From assembly GCA_036561685.1 (NCBI GenBank), contig DATBOX010000162.1:1-55533 (forward strand): a DNA stretch of 55,533 bases. The letters run 5' to 3'. Position 1 is the first letter of the stretch, and every line of letters begins with the position of its first letter. This stretch comes from Candidatus Limnocylindrales bacterium (lineage in GTDB: Bacteria; Chloroflexota; Limnocylindria; Limnocylindrales; CSP1-4). Positions 25,407 to 33,073 of the stretch are shown here, in pieces. The notes under the pieces were generated by a model. That model ran no database searches, was not told where the DNA came from, and worked only from the letters and a program-made list of their open reading frames with translations. The translations under genes were made by a program, and so were the position numbers.

Positions 25407-26290
25407 CCTCGCAGCTGCAGCTCTCGGAGGAGATGTCGGCCGGGGGCGCCCGTCTCCGCATCGACGTCCATGGCGGGGAACCGCGCGCCCACGTCCTCGA
25501 CGACATGAGCTTCATGAACTACCGCCTGGCCGACGTGCGGATCGCGCCGCAGGTGACGCTCGCCGAGCCGGACATCGTGTGGCTCCACGACGGCGACAAG
25601 GCGGTCACCTACGACGGCCGACGCATGACCTTCCGCGGCTCGTGGCCGGCCGGGCCCATCCAGAAGGTCGTCGTGGCGATGCTCGCCCTGCGCATGGAGG
25701 CGGCCGGCCTGCACCCCTTCCACGCCTCGGCCGTCCGCTACCACGACCGCACGGTGCTCTTCCTGGGCGGCGAGTCCAACCACGGCAAGTCGATGGGCCA
25801 GATCGAGGCCTGCCGCCGCGGCGCCCTGCTGGTCTCGACGGAGACGACGGTCATCGACGAGGGCGGCCGCGCCGTGCTCGGCTCCAAGGAGCCCTTTATC
25901 AAGCGCCGCACGGAAGGCACCGAGCGGGCCGACAAGGCTTCGCCGGACCGGGGCGTGGAGAAGTTCTTCGGCGCCATGCCCACGTGGGAGCTCTACCTGG
26001 AGCCGAGCAACGTGGATGTCGTCGTCGTGCCGGCCATCGACGGCAACTTCGAGCCGTCGCTCAGCCCGATGATCCCCTTCGAGCGCCAGTTCCAGACCTT
26101 CCACTCGCTGCAGAATTACTTCCTGCTCAACGAGCTGCTCGCCCCCGGCGCCCCCATGCCCATGGTCGATACCGAGGCCCTGCGGAAGGCCCGGGCCGGC
26201 TTCGTGGAACGCTTCGCCACCCGTCCCTACTACTTCGTCCGCGCCGCCACGCCGCAGGTGCTCCTGGACGAGGTGGATCGGGTGCTGTAG
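25403..26290 (+). CDS. HPr-kinase/phosphorylase-like P-loop protein, function unknown
   Basis: 295 aa. The ATG overlaps the GntR stop (ATGA 25403-25406). FHASAVRYHDRTVLFLGGESNHGKSMGQIEACRRGALLVSTETTVID lines up with the HprK C-domain core (HG.LV...G.GVLITGDSGVGKSETALEL..RGHRLVADD.V). GESNHGKS fits GxxxxGKS. Confidence 0.7.
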   Translation: MTSQLQLSEEMSAGGARLRIDVHGGEPRAHVLDDMSFMNYRLADVRIAPQVTLAEPDIVWLHDGDKAVTYDGRRMTFRGSWPAGPIQKVVVAMLALRMEAAGLHPFHASAVRYHDRTVLFLGGESNHGKSMGQIEACRRGALLVSTETTVIDEGGRAVLGSKEPFIKRRTEGTERADKASPDRGVEKFFGAMPTWELYLEPSNVDVVVVPAIDGNFEPSLSPMIPFERQFQTFHSLQNYFLLNELLAPGAPMPMVDTEALRKARAGFVERFATRPYYFVRAATPQVLLDEVDRVL

Positions 26291-26295
26291 GCCGG

Positions 26296-27165
26296 ATGCG
26301 GCCGTTCACCTACGAACGCCCCACCAGCCTGGCGGAGGCGTTCCGCATCCTGGAGGCGCACGGCGCGGCCGCCTCGATCCTCGCCGGCGGGACCGACCTC
26401 ATCATCCGGTTGCGTGACGGCACGGTCCGGCCGGAGGTCGTGGTCGACCTCAAGGCCATCAAGGAGCGTGACGACGGCCTCCACGAGCGCGACGGCCGCC
26501 TCGTCATCGGCGGCTGGGCGGTCATGACCGACATCGCCGCCGACGCGCGCGTGCGCCGCGACTTCACGGCCCTCGCGGAGGCGGCCCAGGTCGTGGGCTC
26601 GGCCCAGATCCGCAACCGGGCGACGCTCGCCGGCAACATCTGCAACGCCTCGCCGGCGGCCGACACGGCGCCGGCCCTGCTGGTGTACGGCGCGGAGGTC
26701 GTGGCCACCGGCTCGGGCGGGACCCGGCGCGTCCCCATCGACGACTTCTTCGTCGGCCCCGGGCGGACCGCGCTCGGCGCCGGCGAGATCGTCACGTCCA
26801 TCGAGCTGCCGCTGCCGCCCGGCCGACGAGGTGGCGTCCACCTCCGACGCACGCGCCGCCGCGGGCACGACCTGGCGTCCGTGACGCTCGCCTGCGCGGT
26901 GATGGACGACGGGCGCGCCCGACTGGCCTACGGCAGTGTCGGGCCGCGGCCGCTCCTGGTCACCGACGAGAGCGGGGTCCTGGCCGATAGCACGGCCCCG
27001 GCCGAGGCGCGCGACCGCCTGCTCGACCGGCTGCTGGGGGCGGCCAGCCCCTCGCCGAAGTCGATGCGCGCCAGCCCCGCCTACCGCCTGGCGATGCTGC
27101 GCGTCCTGGCCCTCCGGGCGGCCGACATCGCCGCCCGGCGTGTCGCCGGAGGTGCCGCTGCGTGA
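26296..27165 (+). CDS. FAD-binding medium subunit of Mo hydroxylase
   Basis: 289 aa from ATG 26296, 5 nt after the previous stop (internal Met of track ORF 25330..27165). Motifs: ILAGGTDLIIRLRDG and IRNRATLAGNICNASPAAD. Confidence 0.9.
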   Translation: MRPFTYERPTSLAEAFRILEAHGAAASILAGGTDLIIRLRDGTVRPEVVVDLKAIKERDDGLHERDGRLVIGGWAVMTDIAADARVRRDFTALAEAAQVVGSAQIRNRATLAGNICNASPAADTAPALLVYGAEVVATGSGGTRRVPIDDFFVGPGRTALGAGEIVTSIELPLPPGRRGGVHLRRTRRRGHDLASVTLACAVMDDGRARLAYGSVGPRPLLVTDESGVLADSTAPAEARDRLLDRLLGAASPSPKSMRASPAYRLAMLRVLALRAADIAARRVAGGAAA

Positions 27166-27722
27166 CCGCCACCGTCCCCATCCGCTGCACCGTGAACGGC
27201 CGGCCGCGGGAGCTGGTCGTGGTCGCCCATCACACGCTGCTCGACGCGCTGCGCGACGACCTTGGCCTGACCGGCACCAAGGAGTGCTGCCTCGTCGGGG
27301 AGTGCGGCGCCTGCACCGTGATCCTCAACGGCCGGAGCGTCGATTCGTGCCTCGTCCTGGCCGCCGAGGCCGATGGCGGCACGATCCTCACGGTCGAGGG
27401 GCTGGCCGTGGACGGCCGCCTGAGCGCCCTGCAGCAGGCCTTCCTTGACACGGGGGCCGCCCAGTGCGGCTTCTGCATCCCCGGCCAGCTCCTGGCCGCG
27501 CACGCCCTCCTGGCGCTCACGCCGCATCCCGATCGGGCCGAGGTGGAAGAGGGCCTCGCCGGGAACCTGTGCCGCTGCGCCGGCTACGAGCAGATCATCG
27601 AGGCCGTGCTGCGGGCGGCCGACGAGCCGGCGGGCGGCGCCCGGGCGGTCGAGCAGCCGATGGTGCGCCAGACGACGTCGGATCCGGCGGCCACGCCGGA
27701 CGCGAGCGTGGCGCCGCAATGA
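27162..27722 (+). CDS. [2Fe-2S]-binding small subunit of Mo hydroxylase
   Basis: 186 aa. The GTG overlaps the previous stop (GTGA). Motifs: CLVGECGACTV...C and CGFCIPGQ...CRCAGY. Confidence 0.95.
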   Translation: MTATVPIRCTVNGRPRELVVVAHHTLLDALRDDLGLTGTKECCLVGECGACTVILNGRSVDSCLVLAAEADGGTILTVEGLAVDGRLSALQQAFLDTGAAQCGFCIPGQLLAAHALLALTPHPDRAEVEEGLAGNLCRCAGYEQIIEAVLRAADEPAGGARAVEQPMVRQTTSDPAATPDASVAPQ

Positions 27723-29965
27723 CCGGCCCCGTCGGCAGCTCACCGGCACGGGGCGGCGGCCGCGACCGCGTCACCGGCCACCAGGTGTACGCCGCCGACA
27801 TCCGCCTCGAGGACGTCCTTCACGTCAAGCTCGTGGCCCTCCCCTGCGCGAGGGCGAGGATCCTGGGCATCGATGCCACCGAGGCGCTGCAGGTGCCCGG
27901 CGTGCGCCTTGTGTTCACGGCTGCCGACCTGCCGCAGCCGGCGCCGCGCTTCGGGCCGCAGCTCAGGGACCGGCCGGTGCTCGCCACGGGCGAGACCAAG
28001 TACCACGGCGATCCGGTGGCCGCGGTCGCGGCCGAGACGCTCGATGCGGCCGAGGCCGGCGTGGCGGCCGTGCGGGTCACCTACGAGGAGTTGCCCGCAG
28101 TCACCTCGATCCACGCGGCCCTGGACCCGGCCGCGCCGCTGGTGCAGGACGCCGCGCTCCGACCAGGCGACGCGCTTGCCGGCCGCAACGTCCTGCGCGA
28201 GCACCACTACGCATGGGGCGACCTGGCCGCCGCCGAGGCCCAGGCGGAGGTGGTCGTCGAAGGTTCGTACACCTTCCCCATGGTCACCCAGTTCGCCATC
28301 GAGCCGCATGCGTTCATGGCCGCGCCCGACGGCGACGGGATCGTGGTCTGGAGCGCCATCCAGCATCCCAACTGGCTCCAGCGGGTCATCGCCTCGCTCC
28401 TGGACCTGCCCCTGGCCAGGGTCCGGGTCATCGCTCCCGATCCGGGCGGCGCGTTCGGCGGCAAGCAGCACGCCAAGTACGAGCCGCTGCTGGCGTTCAT
28501 GGCCCGCCGTCTGGGCCGGCCGGTCCGCCTCGTGCTGACCCTGGAAGAGACGTTCCAGGCGGTTCGCCGAGGCGCGTCCGACGTCCACGTGCGCTCGGGC
28601 TTCCGGCGCGACGGCACCCTCGTCTTCCGCGACATCCGGGCCGACTACCTCATCGGCGCGTACGCCGACATCGCCGACCGGACGGTGGCCAAGGGCAGCT
28701 ACACCTCGGCCGGGCCATACCGGGTGCCGGCGGTCCGCATCGTCGCCCGCAGCGTGCTGTCCCACACGGTGCCCTCGACGGCCTTCCGCGGCTTCGGCAA
28801 CCCGCAGCAGATCTGGGCCGGCGAGTCGAACATGGACGAGGCGGCGCGGACCCTGGGCCTGGACCCGCTGGACCTGCGCCTGCGCAACCTGGCCGAGCGG
28901 GGTGAGACGTTCATCCCCGGTGACACGCCTGCCGACGGCCGCTGGGCCGAGTCGGTCGAGCTCGCGGCGCGCCTCATCGACTGGCGCAAGCCCACGGCTC
29001 CCGGCCGCGGCCGCGGCCTCGCCGTCGGCCTCAAGGAAGGGCCCACGACGGGCCTGTCGTACTCCATCGTGCGCCTCCTGGCCGACGGCAGCGTGATCGT
29101 CTACGCCGGCACGTCCGACATGGGCCAGGGGGCGCGCACGATCTTCGCCCAGATCGCGGCCCAGGAGCTGGGGGCGCCCATGGAGGCCGTGACGGTCGTG
29201 ATGGGCGACACGGCCGTCGTGCCGTACGACCAGCAGACGTCGGCCAGCCGCTCATCCGTCCTGATGGGCAACGCCGTCCTGCTTGCCTGTCGCAAAGTCC
29301 AAGACCAGCTGCGCGCCATGGCCGCGCGGCTGGAGCAGGTCGAGGCGTCGGCGGTGGTCGTGGACGGCGGCACGGTGGCGATCGGGGAGCGCCACTGGCC
29401 GATCGGCGAGGTCCTGGCCCGTGGGCTGGGGCGGCTCGGCGGCGAGCTCATCGGCGTGGGCGAGATGCGCAAGGAGGCGCTCGCCGAGCACCCCCTGGGC
29501 GGCACCGCCGCGTTCTACGAGTTCAACTGCACGGCGGTGGAGGTGGAGGTCGACCGCGCCACGGGCGATATCGTCATCGCCCGCCACGTGACGGTCTCCG
29601 ACGTGGGCAAGGCCCTCAACCCCAGCCAGGTCCGCGGCCAGGACGAGGGCGCGGCCATCATGGGCCTGGGCCACACGCTGATGGAGCACTACATCCTGGA
29701 TGACGCGGGTCGCATCCGGAACCTGGGCGCCATCGACTACCGCATCCCCACCAGCATGGACCTGCCGCTCGCCATGGAGAGCGCCATCGTGGAGAACGGC
29801 GACGGCCCGGGCCCGTACGGCGCGAAGGGCATGAGCGAGGGCGCCCTCCTGGCCATCGCCCCGGCCATCGCGGCGGCCGTGCGCGACGCGACCGGGGTCG
29901 TCATCCGCGAGCTGCCGCTCACGCCCGAGACGGTCTGGCGGGCCCTGCAGGACCCGGTCGGGTGA
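27719..29965 (+). CDS. Xanthine dehydrogenase/aldehyde oxidase-family molybdopterin-binding large subunit (single polypeptide)
   Basis: 748 aa from ATG 27719, which overlaps the previous stop (ATGA). Motifs: GRDRVTGHQVYAADI, STAFRGFGNPQ, GTSDMGQGARTIFAQIAAQELG and GPYGAKGMSEGAL (active-site Glu). The CO-dehydrogenase loop AY(R/x)CSFR is absent. Confidence 0.95.
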   Translation: MTGPVGSSPARGGGRDRVTGHQVYAADIRLEDVLHVKLVALPCARARILGIDATEALQVPGVRLVFTAADLPQPAPRFGPQLRDRPVLATGETKYHGDPVAAVAAETLDAAEAGVAAVRVTYEELPAVTSIHAALDPAAPLVQDAALRPGDALAGRNVLREHHYAWGDLAAAEAQAEVVVEGSYTFPMVTQFAIEPHAFMAAPDGDGIVVWSAIQHPNWLQRVIASLLDLPLARVRVIAPDPGGAFGGKQHAKYEPLLAFMARRLGRPVRLVLTLEETFQAVRRGASDVHVRSGFRRDGTLVFRDIRADYLIGAYADIADRTVAKGSYTSAGPYRVPAVRIVARSVLSHTVPSTAFRGFGNPQQIWAGESNMDEAARTLGLDPLDLRLRNLAERGETFIPGDTPADGRWAESVELAARLIDWRKPTAPGRGRGLAVGLKEGPTTGLSYSIVRLLADGSVIVYAGTSDMGQGARTIFAQIAAQELGAPMEAVTVVMGDTAVVPYDQQTSASRSSVLMGNAVLLACRKVQDQLRAMAARLEQVEASAVVVDGGTVAIGERHWPIGEVLARGLGRLGGELIGVGEMRKEALAEHPLGGTAAFYEFNCTAVEVEVDRATGDIVIARHVTVSDVGKALNPSQVRGQDEGAAIMGLGHTLMEHYILDDAGRIRNLGAIDYRIPTSMDLPLAMESAIVENGDGPGPYGAKGMSEGALLAIAPAIAAAVRDATGVVIRELPLTPETVWRALQDPVG

Positions 29966-32103
29966 CGTTCGTCTACGCCCTGGCGCATCCCCACGACCGG
30001 CCCCTGCCCGAGGTGACCGCCCTGGTCGGCGGCAAGGCGGCCAACCTGGGGGTCATGGCGCGGGAGCTCGACCTGCCTGTGCCGCCCGGCCTCGTCATCA
30101 CCACCGCGGCCTGCCGCGCCTACCTGGCGGGCGGATGGCCGGCCGGCCTCGACGAGGAGATCCGGGCCGGCATGGCGGAGGTGGAGCGGCAGGTCGGGCG
30201 CCGCTTCGGCGATGCGGACGACCCGCTGCTCGTCAGCGTGCGTTCGGGCGCCGCGGTCTCGATGCCAGGGATGATGGACACCATCCTTAACCTGGGCCTG
30301 ACCGACACGACGGAGGCCGGCCTGGCGCAGGTGTCCGGTGATGCGGCCTTCGCGCGCGATTGTCACGACCGCCTGCGGACGATGTTCCGCGACATCGTCG
30401 GGCAGGACGCGCCCGACGACCCGTGGCGGCAGCTCCGCCTCGCGGTCGAGGCGGTGTTCCGGTCGTGGAACAGCGACCGTGCCCGGGCGTACCGCCGGCG
30501 CGAGGGGATCCCCGATGACGCCGGCACCGGCGTGACCATCCAGGCCATGGTCTTCGGCAACCGCGGCTCGGCCTCCGCGACCGGGGTGGTCTTCACGCGC
30601 AACCCGGCGACCGGCGAAGCGGGCCTCTACGGCGACGTGATGTTCGTGGCGCAGGGCGAGGACGTCGTTTCGGGCACGCATCGCACGGAGCCGCTGGCCG
30701 CCCTGGAGGAACGGCTGCCCGCGGTCGCCGCGGAGCTGCGCCGCGACGGCGCCCGCCTGGAGGCGTACTACCGCGACCTGTGCGACATCGAGTTCACCAT
30801 CGAGGAGGGGCGCCTGTGGCTCCTCCAGGTGCGCGTCGGCAAGCGCAGCCCGCGGGCGGCACTGCGGATCGCCCTCGAGATGGCCCTCGACGAGCAGTTC
30901 CCGCTCTCGCGCCGCGAGGCCGTCGAGCGGGTCGTGCCGCTGCTGGCGACCCCGCCCCGGGTCGCCACCGGCCGGCACCGGGATGCCCAGCCGCTGGCGA
31001 TCGGTCTGGCCGCGTCGCCGGGCGTGGCGACCGGCGAGATCGTCACGAACCCCGAGGCCGCCCAAGGGGCCGCCGACGAGGGACGAACGCCGATCCTGGT
31101 GCGGGCCGAGACCTCGCCCGATGACGTCCGCGGCATGGCCCGCGCGGCGGGGATCCTGACGAGCCGTGGCGGCCTGGCGAGCCACGCGGCGGTGGTGGCC
31201 CGCGGATGGGGCCTGCCGGCCGTGGTCGGCGCCCGGGACGTGGAGGTCGGCGCCGGGACCGTGCGCTTCCCCGGCCTGACGCTGGCGGCCGGGGACGTCA
31301 TCACGATCGATGGCGACACCGGCGAGGTCTTCCGTGGCGCCGTGGCGGGAGCCACCGATATCGCGCCCGAGGCGCGGACGCTGCTCGACTGGGCCAGGGA
31401 GCTCGGCGTCGCCATCCCGGAACCGGGCCAGGCGGCAGCGGCCGGAGCCACGCCCCCGGCCCCGGCGGCCAAGCCCGGCGGGACCGCCACGACCGACGAC
31501 TGCATCCAGGCGCTGGCGGTGATCGGCATGGTCGCCGCTGAAGGGGTGGCCCGTGCGGTGATGGCACCGGTCGCCGAGGTCCAGCCGCTCCTGGACCGCC
31601 TCGTGGTGGACGGGAGCGCGTCGGCGCCGGGCGGCACGTACCGCCTCACCGATGCCGGGTGGGCCCGCCGCGCGGAGCTCCTGGCCGCCGAGCAGGCCGC
31701 CATCGGAGCGGACGGGGCGGTCGCCGCCCTGGATGGACTGCTGACCTTCGACGGCCGCGTGAAGGCTGTGGTGACCGACCTGCAGCTACGCCAGGCGGAC
31801 GCCGGACCGGTCCTCAACGACCACGCCGATGCGGCCTACGACGCGGCCGTCGTGGCGCGCCTGGCCGAGCTCCACGTGGAGGCCGCGGCCTGGCTCACCG
31901 GCCTCGAGCCCGGCTGGCCGCGCGCCGGCCGGTATCGCCAGCGCCTGGGCGCGGCCCTGGAGCGGGCCCTGGCAGGCGACCTGCGGTTCGTGGCCTCGCC
32001 ACGCGTGGACAGCTACCACGGCGCCTGGTTCGAGCTGCACGAGGAGCTCATCCTGCTGGCCGGCCGGACGCGAGCCGCCGAGGTCGACGCGGGACGCGCG
32101 TGA
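29962..32103 (+). CDS. Pyruvate,phosphate-dikinase-like protein: ATP-grasp plus phosphohistidine swivel domain, lacking the PEP/pyruvate TIM barrel, with an unassigned ~200-aa C-terminal module
   Basis: 713 aa. The GTG overlaps the Mo-subunit stop (GTGA). ATP-grasp motifs: LVGGKAANLGVM, LLVSVRSGAAVSMPGMMDTILNLGL, TGVVFTRNPATGE and DIEFTIEEGRLWLLQVRVGKR. Swivel motif: ILVRAETSPDDVRGMARAAGILTSRGGLASHAAVVARGWGLPAVVG (His408 at 31183-31185). A Pro/Ala linker follows, and then residues ~510-713 (31489-32100) are unlike the barrel. Confidence 0.85.
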   Translation: MTFVYALAHPHDRPLPEVTALVGGKAANLGVMARELDLPVPPGLVITTAACRAYLAGGWPAGLDEEIRAGMAEVERQVGRRFGDADDPLLVSVRSGAAVSMPGMMDTILNLGLTDTTEAGLAQVSGDAAFARDCHDRLRTMFRDIVGQDAPDDPWRQLRLAVEAVFRSWNSDRARAYRRREGIPDDAGTGVTIQAMVFGNRGSASATGVVFTRNPATGEAGLYGDVMFVAQGEDVVSGTHRTEPLAALEERLPAVAAELRRDGARLEAYYRDLCDIEFTIEEGRLWLLQVRVGKRSPRAALRIALEMALDEQFPLSRREAVERVVPLLATPPRVATGRHRDAQPLAIGLAASPGVATGEIVTNPEAAQGAADEGRTPILVRAETSPDDVRGMARAAGILTSRGGLASHAAVVARGWGLPAVVGARDVEVGAGTVRFPGLTLAAGDVITIDGDTGEVFRGAVAGATDIAPEARTLLDWARELGVAIPEPGQAAAAGATPPAPAAKPGGTATTDDCIQALAVIGMVAAEGVARAVMAPVAEVQPLLDRLVVDGSASAPGGTYRLTDAGWARRAELLAAEQAAIGADGAVAALDGLLTFDGRVKAVVTDLQLRQADAGPVLNDHADAAYDAAVVARLAELHVEAAAWLTGLEPGWPRAGRYRQRLGAALERALAGDLRFVASPRVDSYHGAWFELHEELILLAGRTRAAEVDAGRA

Positions 32104-32130
32104 GCACGATCGTCGCCGCGACCCACGCCT

Positions 32131-32619
32131 TCATGACCGTCCGGCGCTCGCGCCCAGGCTGACGAGAAGCTCGTCCAGTTGCCCCAGCGCCTCGGGCATC
32201 CCGGACGTGGACCCGGATGCGATCGCACCGTCCAGCGCCTCCTTCGAGGGGTAGAGATCGTGCACCGTCAACCGCGTCCTGTCCCCCATCTCCTCGAAGG
32301 TCACCGTGGTGATCTGCTCACCGTCATCGCCCTCGTCGTTGGTCCACACCAGGCGCGAGTGCGGTGTCACTTCGAGGTATCGACCGAAGAACTCGAGGGT
32401 CGAGCCTTCGTAGCCGAACACCAGGCGGTAGCGGCCCCCGACACGTGGATCCGTCTCGCAGGACAGCAGCGTGATGGGAAACGACTTCGGCGTCCACCAG
32501 CGCTCGAGCAACTCAGCCTTGGTCCACGCCTCGAACACGAGGCGCGGCGGGCCGTTGACGGTTCGCGTCACGACGAGCTCTCGCTCCGACGTCCGCTCCA
32601 CCGTCGTGTCGTTCTTCAT
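32131..32619 (-). CDS. SRPBCC-domain protein (AHSA1/START-like)
   Basis: 162 aa. ELVVTRTVNGPPRLVFEAWTKAELLERWWTPK...GGRYR is typical of the Aha1-like SRPBCC family that pairs with ArsR regulators. The start overlaps the ArsR stop (ATGA). Confidence 0.85.
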   Translation of the reverse strand: MKNDTTVERTSERELVVTRTVNGPPRLVFEAWTKAELLERWWTPKSFPITLLSCETDPRVGGRYRLVFGYEGSTLEFFGRYLEVTPHSRLVWTNDEGDDGEQITTVTFEEMGDRTRLTVHDLYPSKEALDGAIASGSTSGMPEALGQLDELLVSLGASAGRS

Positions 32620-32963
32620 CGCACGTTCTCCTTCCGCTCCAGTTCCTCAACGACCTTGTCCAGCTCGTCGAAGCGCGAATCCCAGTGCTGGCGGTACTGC
32701 TCGATCCAGGCCGTCTCCGCTTCGAGGCGGCGCGGGCCAAGCCGGCACGTCCGCACGCGCCCGACCTTCTCCGTGGTGACGAGCTCGGCCTGCTCCAGGA
32801 CACCGACGTGCTTCCTCATGCCCGTGAGGGTCATGTGGAACGCCTGGGCCAGATCGGTGATCGACGCGTCGCCACCTCCGAGCTGCTCCAGCACGCCGCG
32901 TCGGGTGGCGTCCGAGAGCGCGGCGAAGGAGGCATCGAGCCGGCCGTTCAAATACTGAACCAT
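32616..32963 (-). CDS. ArsR/SmtB-family transcriptional regulator
   Basis: 115 aa from ATG 32961-32963 (Met37 of track ORF 32616..33071). FAALSDATRRGVLEQLGGGDASITDLAQAFHMTLTGMRKHVGVLEQAELV is the ArsR wHTH. Confidence 0.85.
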   Translation of the reverse strand: MVQYLNGRLDASFAALSDATRRGVLEQLGGGDASITDLAQAFHMTLTGMRKHVGVLEQAELVTTEKVGRVRTCRLGPRRLEAETAWIEQYRQHWDSRFDELDKVVEELERKENVR

Positions 32964-32975
32964 CCAGTTCAGTAT
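32952..32975. promoter_or_regulatory. 9-6-9 inverted repeat ATACTGAAC-N6-GTTCAGTAT, a candidate ArsR/SmtB operator
   Basis: The arms are perfect. The spacer contains the ArsR start codon (32961-32963). The TGAAC/GTTCA half-sites resemble known SmtB/CzrA-type operators. Confidence 0.55.
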
Positions 32976-33073
32976 GCTCTCACGGATCCGGGCGCGCAAG
33001 GGGGCTCGGCGAATCGGCGGAGACCATCGGCATGCTGAAATGACCAGGCAAGCAGTCAGCTCGGAGGACATCG

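Noticed and set aside
22943-32103. Annotating the 584-aa and 713-aa proteins as PEP synthase and pyruvate,phosphate dikinase, or the set as phenylphosphate synthase.
   Set aside because: Neither protein has all three domains needed for those reactions. There is no PEP/pyruvate barrel, and one protein has no ATP-grasp. No UbiD-type carboxylase or CoA ligase of the phenol pathway is present. Only the architecture analogy is retained.
32104-32130. A terminator between the convergent PPDK-like and SRPBCC genes.
   Set aside because: I could find no convincing stem-loop or T-run in the 27-nt gap.
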